A DNA stretch of 64,000 nucleotides from Octopus sinensis (GCF_006345805.1 NC_042998.1:105338001-105402000), one strand, 5' to 3'. Counted from the first letter of the stretch, positions 26,215-38,274 are shown. Notes: generated by a model not told the origin, from the sequence alone. Program-made: numbers and translations.

Positions 26215-26999
26215 TTTGAAATTAAAATGGCTAAATGAAACCACGAAGGCTATGAGAATTTTTAATTTTTTAAATTTTGCCCGCAAGGGGCAAAATTTTG
26301 TGTAGATATTTATCAAAGGTTTGCAGTGGATGTTGTTGCACAACTTTTAAACACAAAATATTTGTCAATATACACTTTTGAACGTATAAAAATACCAACT
26401 TACGTGGAGCCCATTTGACTTGCGTCTGTCTGTCCGATAGATAGATAGATAGATAGCTGTGAAGGTGGTATAAGAGGTAATTAAAAAACTGTTAAATTTC
26501 ACATGGTGAATTTGAGGTTTCCATTGTGTACTTTCCATTCACAGAGAGGCTGCATTGCAAAACTATTTCCTTGATCTACAAAACATAATTTCATAACATA
26601 AATTACTTTGCATTAGTCTTTTCCATTTTCACACAAGTAGAACTGATAAGGTGCTTGGCTTGTAGATTTAAGGGCAAGAAAAATATAATCTCTCTGCTTG
26701 TTATGATAAGTTTTCAGGATCTTTCCAGCATCCTTTGCGCACTAGTTCCAAAAAGGGTGCTGGCAGAATGCAAGGCAAAAGGATCTATAAGATTTATATT
26801 TTGTATTGAAAATAATTTTTCTTTAATTGCTTGTTAAGAATATATTTCCCAAAATGTGCACAAGAACATCAAGTGACTCCAAGGACAGTAGAAATTTATG
26901 TTGCAATCTAGAATCCCTATTAGGAAAGTGCTGAAGAAACTCATTGAATTCTACAAACCTTCAAAAAAGACAGTTTGTTGGCAATATATTTATATGAGT

Positions 27000-28050
27000 T
27001 TCAGTTTCTCATAAGCTGGAGATAAATCATACCCTGGCCTATGTTTTTCAATAGTGGTAAGAAGGTTTCTAATTCCAATATAATCTCAAGCAAGATGAAA
27101 ATACATGTTAAAATCTGAGTATTTAGCAAACAAAGATGTTCAATATTTTGCAAGATTCGTGGAACTACAGAAATGCCAATGATAATATTTTGGAAAATGA
27201 GTGACAGTCTCAGATAAGATGCAGATTGTATCTTACCAAGTAATTGAATTGATTGTTCAACAGACAAAACCCTATACAATAGCTGAAAAATTGAATCAGC
27301 TTGCTAGCAGCTTGATTGTGAAAACTTCGTTCAGTGATAATGCTGAGTGAGAAGTTATGAAAATTCCTTTGTCTGATAATACAATTCACAGAAGAATAGA
27401 TGATACATCAGCTAATATTGGAAAGTGTGCTTCCAAAAGTATGAAGAATTCTAAATTTCAAGTTGATACCAGTGCAAAGCACAACATCTTTTCCTGGTTC
27501 AATGCACTCAATGCCGACATGCAAAAACGACCTTGACATTGCCCTCACATCAGCAAACTAACTTCAGCTCAGGAACGAAATAAGGATGAGAATGATGTAA
27601 GATCGCCTTGAAGTATTCAGACAGACAATATATTTTAAAGCGAACTTTGAATTGCACAGCCTCATGAAGGGACATCATGTAACATTTATAGAAAAGGCTG
27701 ATTATCTTTTCAGGTCAGGATCTATAAAAACAAATTGACTGAGTCAAATCCTTTTGCAAATTCCAAACTCCAAATATTCTCATTTGACACTGGATGATGA
27801 GGAAATAGCCTGCATTTTGTGTGATTGCACCTTGAAACTGACACATGTAGAAAGCCACTGGACTCTATTTGGATATGTAATCAAAATATCCTTGCATCTG
27901 TTCAAAAGCATTATCTATTCTTCTTCAGTTCTCCCAAACATAGTGTTGAGAATAGGGAACATTTAGCTTTGACAAATATCAAAGACCATAAAAAATATAA
28001 AGGCACCTCTATGTTGAAGAAATGGTTTGTTTGCCTCAAATTAAGCCAAA
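27000..28050 (+). pseudogene. hAT (Buster/Charlie, ZBED5-like) transposase remnant
   Basis: SYQVIELIVQQTKPYTIAEKL..KIPLSDNTIHRRIDD, and C-terminal KYPCICSKALSILLQFS..ALTNIK. Contains stops and a large internal deletion. Confidence 0.82.
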
Positions 28051-28379
28051 TGTAAATGAGCTCACACCTCTCTCTGACTTTGTAGATTCACTTAAGGTAA
28101 GATTCTGGATACAGGTTATGTTTCTACACCCTGATCATTGTTGATTTCCTTGTGGCTTGCCCTTTGTAACTGGAGATGGTTTCTTGGTATCAATATTTAA
28201 AATTTACATTTTATAGAAACTGGTCTTATTTGGTCTTGAAAATATTAATAAGTTTTAAATGTAATATGGATTCAAGAAGGTAATTAAAGTCCCCACCCAC
28301 CCACCCCAGATAACCACTCACTCTTCTTATCAAGTCCACAACTTTTGAGCAGCCATAATCAATGCAGACACAATGAAAG

Positions 28380-29205
28380 GAGATTGCTGAAATATTAGAA
28401 TGAAGGTGTGTATATATATGTTGTGTGCTAGAGATAAGATAGATTGATGGATGGAGAAACTTCAGAGCTCTATTACCTGGTGAGATTGTTGAAACACGAG
28501 AATGAAGGGTGTAGATATGCATTGTGTGCAAGAAGTAAGATTGATGTATGGATAGAGTTCAAAGAGATTTTGTCTCTATTAGTAACATAAAGTTTTCTCT
28601 TTCAAGGTGAAAAACAGACTACATGACACTTGTTTACAAACTGCCGCTCTAGATGGTAGTAAAATGTGGTCTCTGAATGAAGTGGACTTATAAAGAATTA
28701 AATAGAACTAGCATGCACCACTCAGTATGCAATTTCAGTGTTCATGTACAACAAAGTGTTAATATACCGAGAGAAAAAATTAGGCATAAGTGGAATCAGA
28801 TATAGTGTACAAGAAACTTCTGTTATGCATATGGATGAAGATACACATAGATTTCTGAATACCTGTTATGTGTTATGCACAATATATATATAAAAGCACC
28901 ATTCCAGCATGGTTGTTGCTAGTGCCACCTCACTGGCCTCTGTGCCAGTGGAATGTAAAAAGCACCATTTGAGCATGGCCGTTGCCAGTACCGCCGGACT
29001 GGCCCTCGTGCTGGTGGCACGTAAAAGCACCCACTACACTCTCAGAGTGGTTGGCATTAGGAAGGGCATCCATCAGTAGAAACATTGCCAGATCGGATTT
29101 GAACCTGGTGCAGCCTTCTGGCTCACCAGCCCTCAATCAAACCGTCCAACCTATGCTAGCATGGAAAGCAGATGTTAAATGATGACAATAATGATGATGA
29201 TAATG
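28380..29205 (+). mobile_element. Internally deleted RTE LINE (APE start, ORF end, UTR subunits, tail)
   Basis: GEIVETLE..GVDM.CVQEVR-like motif present twice, a C-terminal RT remnant at 28600-28860, and a terminus with (GAT)n. Confidence 0.65.
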
Positions 29206-29225
29206 ATGATATATCTATATATATA

Positions 29226-30270
29226 TCACACTGGTCGTGTAGCTGACCAGTCACAAATTCTCTGTTTCACTGTTTTCTATCCTTTAGGATGTCTTCTAAG
29301 CATTACCCACTATTCTTCTCTTTTTGGCCTTAATACTATATTTTGCTCATTTCTTATTTATTTCGTTTTTGTCCATCGTCCTAAATCACATTTATTCAAT
29401 TTCGTATATCCACTCTGTATTGCTTTATTTTGTTTTGTTTGCACTTGGTCCTATAGTCTCCATAAATTTTTGCAGGCACCACCAACATGCGAAGTTCTGT
29501 CTTATAATTAATGATGCAAAACTAAGTATTACCATCTGGTTGATAACTGATGAAGAACTAAGGACCTCCTGTGTCTGTCTCCCGTTCGGTTGTACACTCA
29601 GTATAGGTTATTTCGTTTGTTTATTTACCATAGATTTTTTTTCATTTATTAAGTGACAGAATGCAACACACCAAATTGTATTAACAGTAAGTTTTCTTGC
29701 ATATCCGTGTGACTCTCTCTTGCTCTCACACTTTCTCCTTTTCTTTCTCTCACCCTCTTGTATTCCTAGCTTTTCTTTTTTCTCTTTTTCCTCCCTTCAT
29801 TCCTTCCCTTGTTTTCTCTCTGTCACTTTCTCGCTCTCTCCCTCTCTCTTGCTCTCTTTTTCCTCTGCTTGCTGCTGTCACATGACCCATGACGAGCTGT
29901 CCTTTCTTTCTCTCCCTTTCTCACACTGCTCGCGTAGCTGACCAGTTTCAAATTCTCTGTCTCACTGTTTTCTTTCTTTTAGAATGTCTTCTAAGTGTTA
30001 CCCACTTTTGCTTGTTTCGTATTTATTTCGTCTTTGTCCAGCATAGTAAATCACATTCATTCAATTTCGTATGTCCACTCTGTATTGTTTTGTTTTGTTT
30101 GCTCTCAGCCCTATATTCTCAACAAGTTTTTGCAGGCACCACCAGCATGGGAAGTTCTTGGTCTTATCATTAATGGTGTGAAACGGAGTATTACTATTTG
30201 GTTGATAACCACTGAAGAACTAGGCACCTTCTGTTTGTCTCCGATTCCAATTGTACACTCAGTACATGTT
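29226..30270. repeat. Diverged direct repeat pair (29226-~29610 / 29921-~30270)
   Basis: Both start tcacactg.tcg.gtagctgaccagt and share tttttgcaggcaccacca and tgtacactcagta. Confidence 0.8.
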
Positions 30271-30379
30271 ATGTCGTGCATACATTTTTCATTTATATGT
30301 GTGTGTGTATATGTGTGTGTGTGTATGAGTGTATGCAAGCATTTATGTATACATATATAGATGCATATTTCCGGTATTT

Positions 30380-30720
30380 TGGCATGCCAAAACAAAGACT
30401 TTTGAAATATAACCCCAAATGTAATTGGTAGAACTATATACATGTTCAGTCTCAGGTGGACGTCTCGTGTATAGTTCTGCAAATTATATTTTGCTATGAC
30501 AACCACACTGATGAGTTGCAGACATTCTACGCAAATGATTACATAAGTGGTAACAAGGAAATTGGTTTGTGATTAATATGTATATTTTGTATCTTTTCAT
30601 TTGCCTTGCTCGCTTACATTCTGGCATTAGCTAAATTTTCTTGAGAGTATTCCTTTCTTAGTAGTAAGACCATAGGTAGTCGACTTCTAGTATATGGACG
30701 TCCACTTAGTGGTCATCCCT
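30380..30720 (+). mobile_element. Probable Penelope-like 3' remnant with a decayed hammerhead motif (30502-30551)
   Basis: LLKYNPKCN resembles the PLE endonuclease end, followed by accaca-CTGATGA-gttgc..gcaa..ata-agtggt. GAAAC is degenerate. Confidence 0.35.
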
Positions 30721-30729
30721 CCTATATGT

Positions 30730-31099
30730 ATATATAGATGCATATATATAAACCAATTTACATCTCTTTCTTGCATTTCCTCCTTCATTCACTATGCCTA
30801 GCTCTCACTCCCCAATCCTGTCCTCACAGCCCTGCTCCTCTGTATCATTGCTATCCAGTGACCCCCTCCAACTCTATATATATACCTAGGTATTTTGCCA
30901 CTTACTTGCACTCTTTAATCACACTCTCTTCACAATATCTTGTCATTTATATTATGAGTTTTGTACTTCAAGGGTATGCCCTGGCACTTGCCACTATCTA
31001 TATCTCTCTCTTCTTTTACTCAAGCATCTCATTTATACTCTGATCCCCGTTCCTTGTGATTATGCCCACCATTTTGCCACCATCTCCATCCTGTTGTCT

Positions 31100-31142
<43 letters not shown>

Positions 31143-31660
31143 CCTCAACTTCTACACTTCTCTCAGGCTGGGCAATGGTGTATTTTCTTTGCAGTAGCAC
31201 ACCTGTTTCTGTCTTCCTCCCTGATATTTCTCTCTCCATCCGAGTAACCTTGTACTTGCTCTTCAGCAAGACACCTGTATCTGTCTCACTACAACCTTTA
31301 CATCATCACCTCCTCCAATGCCTCATCTCCTCTTAAAAGTTTTTTCTTGCAAGTACTTGGTGACCCTGTTAGTGCAGGTACCACTTAAAAGCACCCAGTC
31401 CACACTGTAAATTGGTTGGTATTTGGAAGGGTATCCAGCTGTAAAAACCTTGCCAAAACTGACCTCGCCTGTGCTTGTGCCACATGAAAAGCACTAAGTC
31501 CACTCTGCTGAGTGGTTGGTGTTAAGAATGGCGTCCAGCTGTAAAAATTCTGCCAAAATAGTTACAGAAGTCTGGTACAGGCTTCGGCTTGGCCAGCCCT
31601 TATGGTACCATCCCACCCATACTGGCATGGAACACAGATGTTAAATGATGATTATGATGA
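30730..31660 (+). mobile_element. Long RTE 3'UTR and terminus
   Basis: Reverse-complement homologue of 48840-49700, which is contiguous with an RTE ORF. Confidence 0.8.
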
Positions 31661-31777
31661 TGTATGTGTGCATGTGTGTATGTTGATGTGCAGTTTTATC
31701 CAAGTTATAATAAAAACAATTTTACATTAATCTAAAGGATTACTCAATAGTTTTAGTAAAGTACATATTTGTGATAC

Positions 31778-31900
31778 TTTTACAAGAATAGTGCTGAGAG
31801 TGACTTCAAAGTTTTGGCTTGCTTAGCCTTCAATAAACATGCCAGTGAAGGCTAAATAGGCCAAAACTTTGAAGTTACTGTCAACACTATTCTTGTAAAA
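31778..31900. repeat. Hairpin with ~55-bp arms, each arm carrying the 3' half of a hammerhead-like motif
   Basis: Arm consensus tgaag-gctaaataggcc-(g/a)AAAC-tt(c/t)gaa-GT(C/T)-act. Stem III would be palindromic (acttcgaagt). Confidence 0.7.
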
Positions 31901-31989
31901 AAAAATAGCATATATATATATATATATGTACATACATGTGAGTGTATCTGGGTAAATACACACATGCACACGCATATATATTTATATGG

Positions 31990-33190
31990 TTGATAGCTTC
32001 CATTACCTAGGTGACCAAGTCAGTAGCGGGGGATAGTGCACTGATAATGTAGCTGCTAGAATAAGAATAGCTTGGGCAAAGTTCAGAGAGCTCTTACCTC
32101 TGCTGGTGATAAAGGGCCTCTTGCTCAGAGTAAAAGGTAGACTGTATGACGCATGTGTATGAACAGCCATGCTACATGGCAGTGAAGCATGGGCCATGAC
32201 TGCTGAGTACATGCATAAGCTCTCAAGGAATGAAGCCAGTATGCTCTGATGGATGTGTAATGTCAGTGTGCATATTCGACAGAGTTTTAGTACCTTGAGA
32301 GAAAAGTTGGACCTAAGAAGCATCAGATCTGGTGTGCAAGAGAGACGACTGCACTGGTATGGCTATGTGGTGATAATGGATGTAGATTCAAGCGTGATCA
32401 TTACCTGTGTCACCTTACTGGCACTTGTGCTGGTGGCACGTGAAAAAACATTTGAGCGAGATCATTGCCAGTGCCGCTGGACTAGCTCCGTGCAGGTGGC
32501 ACATAAAAAGCATCATTTGAGTATGGCTGTTGCCAGTACTGCCTGACTGGCCCTCATGCTGGTGGCATGTAAAAGCACCCACTACACTCTCGGAATGGTT
32601 GGTATTCGGAAGGGCATCCAGCTGTAGAAACTCTGCCAGATCAGATTGGAGTCTGGTGGAGCCATCTGGGTTGCCAGACCTCAGTCAAATCGTCCAACCC
32701 ATGCTAGCATGGAAAGTGGAGGTTAAATGATGATGATGATGATGATGATGATATAAGAGCACATCCGAGTGTGATCATTGCCAGGGCCATGGACTGAACC
32801 CGTGCCGGTGACATGTGAAAAGCACCATTCAAGCGTGATCATTGCCAACATCACTTTACCGGCACATGTGCCAGTGGCATATGAAAAACAACATTTGAGC
32901 ATGGCCGTTGCCAGTGCTGCTGGACTGGTTCCCATGCAAGTATAATGTAAAAATACCTTTGAGGGTGGTCGTTGCCAGAACCACCCGACTGGCCCTCATA
33001 CCAGTGACACATAAAAGCACCCACTACACTCACGGAGTGGCTAACATTAGGAAGGCCATGCAGCTGCGGAAACTTTGCCAGATCAGATTGAGCCTGGTGC
33101 AGCCTCTGACTTAACAGTCCTCAGTCAAACTGTCCAACTCATGCCAGCATGGAAAGCAGACATTAAACAATGATGATGATGATGATGGTA
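31990..33190 (+). mobile_element. RTE RT fragment followed by two RTE 3' termini
   Basis: DSFHYLGDQV..KFRELLPLL..KGLLLRVKGRLYDAC..LHWYG. Tandem UTR subunits and (GAT)n tails at ~32730 and ~33170. Confidence 0.85.
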
Positions 33191-33695
33191 TATTTCGTGT
33201 TCTGCTAAGAAGCATTCAAAATATCACTATTTGGTTTGACGTCATTATTATAACTTATGTGTATGTGTGTGCGTGCATGTGTGTGTGCATGCACACACAC
33301 ACATATATTTGTACACACACACTGGTTGTGATTCACTTCGTTTTAGTTGTTTTATTAACTAATTTGTCATAAAGTGCTTTTTTTCATCACACTAGTGTAA
33401 CCTTTCCAATGATTTCAAATTCTCCATTTGTTTTTCTCGGATACGTTTTGTTGTTAGGCTTTATCTATATCTTGTCAAATATGTGAATGTGTTAACATAT
33501 TGTTACTTATGTTGACTCTCTTTGTCTTTTCTATCTTTATATGTTTGTTTTTGTGGGTACCATTATACATATGTACATGATTGCGATTGTGCAGCTCATG
33601 TATCATGTGTGGTGTATGTTTCTGCATATGTGTGTGTGTGTGTGTGTGCGTGTGTGTGTGGTGTGTGTTTCTGCATGTGTGTGTGTGTGTTTCTG

Positions 33696-33732
<37 letters not shown>

Positions 33733-34382
33733 ATGTATGAGTGTATAGTTCTTGGTTTGAAGTGTATGCAGGTATGTATGTATGTAGCAGTTGACTTTAG
33801 TTGACTTTAATCTTACTTCATTTCAGTTCTGGTATTACATGATGGTGGAGATAGAAATGATGGTGGCGATGGTGGTGATGGCTGTGATGGTGGGTGTGGG
33901 TGGTGTCAATCAAATAATATTTTTTCTATTGAGAGTTTATAAACTCACAATATGTGTGTGCATGTGCATATATATATATATATTACTTATATGTATATAT
34001 ACATACACATACACACATATATATACATACATAAATCTACATATATATATAATATATATATTTATATATGTATATATATATGTATATATATATATATACA
34101 CTCACACATGCATACATACATACATATATATATACATATACTTACATATGTGTGCATATGTGTGTCTGTGTGTGTGTGCATTTGTGTGAGTGTGTTTGTG
34201 TGTTTGTGTGTGTGTGTTTATGTGTTTGTTTTGTAACATTCCTGATTTGAAATTGTGTGTTGAATGACAAAACATATAGTGTATGCGTTTATTTGGCAAA
34301 AAAAAAGAATGGCCATCCTGAAATATGACAATATATGTATGTATATGTATATACACACACACACATATATATATAATATGTG

Positions 34383-34575
34383 ACAATTATTCAGTAGCCA
34401 TGATAAAACTCTGAGTCTTGGATGCCGAAGTGGAAATCCACACCGCCATTTCTTCAGTTATCCGGCCATTGGAAAAATATTATGAAAAATGACCGATGGC
34501 CAGATAACTGAAGAGATGGTGGCGTGGATTTCCACCTCGGCATCCAAAACTTGGAGTTTTATCATGCCTACCGAA
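34383..34575. mobile_element. Palindrome of two divergent hammerhead-like copies (34402-34462 minus, 34503-34563 plus)
   Basis: Consensus gataa-CTGAAGA-gatg..catcc-GAAAC-tc(g/a)ga-GTT-ttatc. Same family as 36788 and 37760. Confidence 0.7.
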
Positions 34576-34829
34576 TAATTGCCATATATTGCATTTACAG
34601 ATAAATTCTTCTATTTACATAATATTGAGGTCTCTTTCATTCTTTGTTGTCTTAACCATTTTTATCAATATATATATATATTGATAAAAATGGTACGACA
34701 AATTAAAAGAAAAGTATTTTAAAAGTATTTTTGCATAGTGTTCAAATACAAGTGGCATTATCCTTGTTTCTACCTGCCTCTGTCTCTCTTGTTTACTCTT
34801 GTGGGTTCGAGGTCATTGGGAATTCTTGG

Positions 34830-34915
34830 CAAAGAAGAAGACGAAGAAGAAGAAGAAGAAGAAGAAGAAGAAGAAGAAGAAGAAGAAGAAGAAGAAGAAG
34901 AAGAAGGAGGAGGAG
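34830..34915. repeat. (GAA)n microsatellite
   Basis: Read directly from the sequence. Confidence 0.95.
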
Positions 34916-35389
34916 GATGCAGGAGAGCCATGATAGTAGTAGGATGTTAAATGGTCAAGTGCCCTGAAAGTGACTTGTTGTGGATGATGGTAGTGATTAT
35001 ATTCTTGAAACATCTCTTTTGACTGTATTGTCTATAATATTGGCGTAGGTGTTATTCTAAACAGCAATAGTAGTAAAGTAAAGAAGGAGGTGGTGGAGAG
35101 GAAGAAGACGAAGAAGAAAGAGAAAGAGAAGGGAGAATACTAAGGGAATGCAAGTGGTATGATAGTAGTAGGATGATAATGGTCAAGTGGCTTAAAGGTG
35201 ACTCATTGTGGATTATAGCAGTGATTGGGACTGTTTTTTAATGAATTCTTGGGTACCTCCTGAATGTATCATTTTTAATATTTGTGTGTGTTTGTGTTAT
35301 TCTAAGGATATGTCGTTTGTTGTAGATGCATTCAAAAGGTTCAGAATAATTTTTTCATTGTTGAATTGATAAAAGGTGTTTCTTTTCTA

Positions 35390-35424
<35 letters not shown>

Positions 35425-35732
35425 ATATTTTGTGAAATTTGATTTAGTATTTCTAAATTGAATTTTTCCCTGTAAGTTTGGAATAATATTCTCTCATATA
35501 ATATATATATATATATATATATAATATATATATGTAAATGGATGAATGACTTATCCTTTGTTTACAGTTAACATGGAAAATTCAATAACAGTTACCAGGA
35601 TAGCAAGATTCACACAAGTAACAAGGATGTAGTAATCTATTCAAAGGTAGAAACTCTGGGTTAATGTGCAGTAATTTGTATAGTATAAGTAAATAAATGG
35701 ACTTGAACACAGATGTTATTTAAATTCTTTTA

Positions 35733-35815
35733 CTTTCAACATATGTTTCGAAGACAACATTGGTTTTATTCCAAAGGAATAAACAATGTAAAATAATGTA
35801 ATCTCATCAGGAAAG
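35733..35815 (-). ncRNA. Type I hammerhead-like motif with a 54-nt stem II, in a probable Penelope-like 3' region (~35690-36110)
   Basis: ctttc-CTGATGA-ga...tc-GAAAC-atat-GTT-gaaag. Stem I is 5 bp, stem III is palindromic (acatatgt), and stem II contains the hairpin tttattcc/ggaataaa. Confidence 0.7.
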
Positions 35816-36160
35816 AAAGAGGACCCATCTCAACAACAAGACATTATAATAATTTTGATGATTGCATAAATGATAAGCAGAATGCTGTTAAGTATTTTTA
35901 AAATAACCGTTAGTAGATCTGACGTCAAAGGTAGACCATAGGGAGAGAAGGGGTAAAGAAATAATAAGTAGAGAACAAATAAAGAAGAAATATAGAGGGA
36001 TATGTTGTTTGAAAAATGTTCAAAAGCTTGGAAGTAGATTTCTCTATTGAAGTAAATTGCAAGGTAAACTAAATATTCAAACTATAAAGATTGGTATAAA
36101 TCACTTATATGCGCTAAAGGTGTGCTTAAATATATATATATAAATATGTATATATATATA

Positions 36161-36189
<29 letters not shown>

Positions 36190-36197
<8 letters not shown>

Positions 36198-36670
36198 TTT
36201 CTGTATGAATGGTTATGTTATATGGTGCCGTATTTTACAATCCTGTAAATAATAACAATGGTATTTTTATGTAAGCTTAAAGCTTATGGCTATCACTATG
36301 CAATGACTGAGGAAAATAGTCTAATAATGGAGCATATAAGCCCTCGACAAAAAACAAAAACAAAGGTTGGGACTCAACAGCATGGGACTCAAACCCACAT
36401 CCCTTTGTTAATGCGACTAAGTGTGTTACCTTTACACCACCAAATTAGCATTTCTGTCAAATTTAAGAACTATATTAGTTCGTATTTGTTCTATGTAAAC
36501 AAAACTTTCTATATGTTTTTGGTGAGAATGGTTATGTTATATTACACTGTATTTTACAATCCTGTAAATAATAATAATAATAATGGTATTTTTATATAAG
36601 CTTAAAGCTTATGATGATCACCATGCAATGACTAAGGAAACTAGTCTAATAAAGGGGCATACAAGTTCTT
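36190..36670. repeat. ~140-bp direct repeats flanking a tRNA-like segment on the minus strand
   Basis: 36190-36330 resembles 36520-36670. Between them the minus strand has tggtggtgtaaaggt and gggtttgagtccc (A/B-box-like). Confidence 0.55.
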
Positions 36671-37862
36671 GAAATATATATATTGATAGAAATGGTAAGA
36701 CAACAAAAGAATGAAAGAGACCTCGATATTATGTAATTAGAGGAATTTATCTGTAAATATAATATCTGAGAATTATTCGATAGCCATGATAAAACTCTGA
36801 GTTTCAGATGTCGTGGCAGAAACCCATGGATCATGTCCACATGTGGCTAAATATTTGTTACGTTTTTGCCCCCCCCCCCCGAGACTACAGATAGGACTTG
36901 CTTTTTATATTGTGTCCACATACAAGCTTTTTATATCTGTATACTTTTTACTTATATTTTCTTATATATATTTTATATATTTTTTCATTTCTGTATTTTT
37001 TCTGTATTTTACCTTTCACCCTGCGTTTTTTCCTGTGCGTATATAGATGTGTATATGGATTTTTTGTGTGCAAGTGTGTGTGTGTGTGCATGCATATGAG
37101 CATGTGCATATAAACGTGTATATGAACCTTTTTTGTGAGCATGTGTGTGTGTGAGCGTACGTGCGTGTATGTATGAATTATTTTTTGGTGAATGTCTGGG
37201 TGCGCATGTGTGTGTTTCAAGCGAGTGAAACATATGCACATAGGCACATGTATGCGGGGGTGTGTGCATGCATGTGTATATATGGACATGCTTGCATACA
37301 CATTCGCCATGAGCATAGTTACTTCTTTACTTTTTATTCTTATTGCTTATTTTTTACACTTTTTTACATATTTTTCTGTATTTTGCCTTTAGCCCTGTTT
37401 TTTCTTGTGCATGTGCGTATATAGACGTGTGTATGAACCATTTTGTGCACGTGTGTGTGTGTGTGCAAGCGTTAATGCAGGTATGTATATGTTTTTGGTA
37501 AATGTGTGGATGAGTATGTGTGCGTTTCAAGTGAGGGTTGATGAGTATATACATGTAGGCACATGTACATGGGTGTGCAGGTGCACATATGTATAGACAT
37601 GTGTTCTTACACGATTGCTATGAACATTTTTACTCCCTTACCTTTACTTCCTCCCCTTACGTAGCGGTCATTCTAATAGCTCTTTTGTCTTAATATCAGT
37701 CAATCACAGTCATTTCCCTTTGTTTAATGGTCATTTTCATACCATTTTTCTGATGGCCTGATAACTGGAGAGATGCTGGCGTGGGCTTCTGCCCCGACAT
37801 CCGAAACTCGGAGTTTTATCATGGCTACCAAATAATTGTCACATATTATATTTACAGATATA
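36670..37862. mobile_element. Penelope-like non-coding element with an inverted terminal segment and hammerhead motif (37760-37820 plus; half copy 36788-36826 minus)
   Basis: 36750-36830 is inverted relative to 37770-37860, (TA)n lies at both ends, and two degenerate internal tandem units are present. Confidence 0.55.
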
Positions 37863-37929
37863 TATATATACCCCGTCCAACCCATGCTAGCATGGAAAGC
37901 AGACGTTAAACGATGATGATGATATATAT

Positions 37930-38255
37930 GTATGGCTCCAAGTTCAGTCCCACTGCATGGTACCTTGGGCAAGTGTCTTCTACTGCAGCCTCAGGCCAAC
38001 CAAAGCCTTGTGAGTGAATTTGGTAGATGGCAATTAAAAAAAGCCCTTCATATATGTGTGTGTGTGTTTGTCCTCCCACCATCATTTGACAACCAATGTT
38101 AGTGTGTTCACATCCCCCTAACTTAGTGGTTTGGCAAATGAGACCGATAGAATAAGTACTAGGTTTACAAAGAATAAGTCCTGGGGTTGATTTGTTCGAC
38201 TATAGACGGTGCTTCATCATGGCCGCAGTCAAATGACTGAAACACATAAAAGAAC
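37930..38255 (+). mobile_element. tRNA-headed SINE (same family as 6083)
   Basis: aagttcagtccc B-box-like motif, ttgggcaagtgtcttctac core and cagtcaaatgactgaaac tail. Confidence 0.8.
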
Positions 38256-38274
38256 ATATATATATATATATATA

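Larger units (their letters stand above)
20351..26435 (-). mobile_element. Apparently full-length (~6.1 kb) L1/Tx1-clade non-LTR retrotransposon inserted in (TAGA)n
   Basis: Short 5'UTR, ORF1, 4-nt spacer (TAG-aatc-ATG), ORF2 and ~370-nt 3'UTR with AATAAA at 20357-20362. GATA repeats flank both ends. ORF2 is GC- and CpG-rich relative to the host DNA. Confidence 0.95.

Noticed and set aside
25385-26343. Overlapping ORFs on both strands in the Tx1 5' region, suggesting extra genes
   Set aside because: Low-complexity ACA/CCA-rich ORF1 sequence is stop-poor in several frames, and frameshifted ORF1 explains them.
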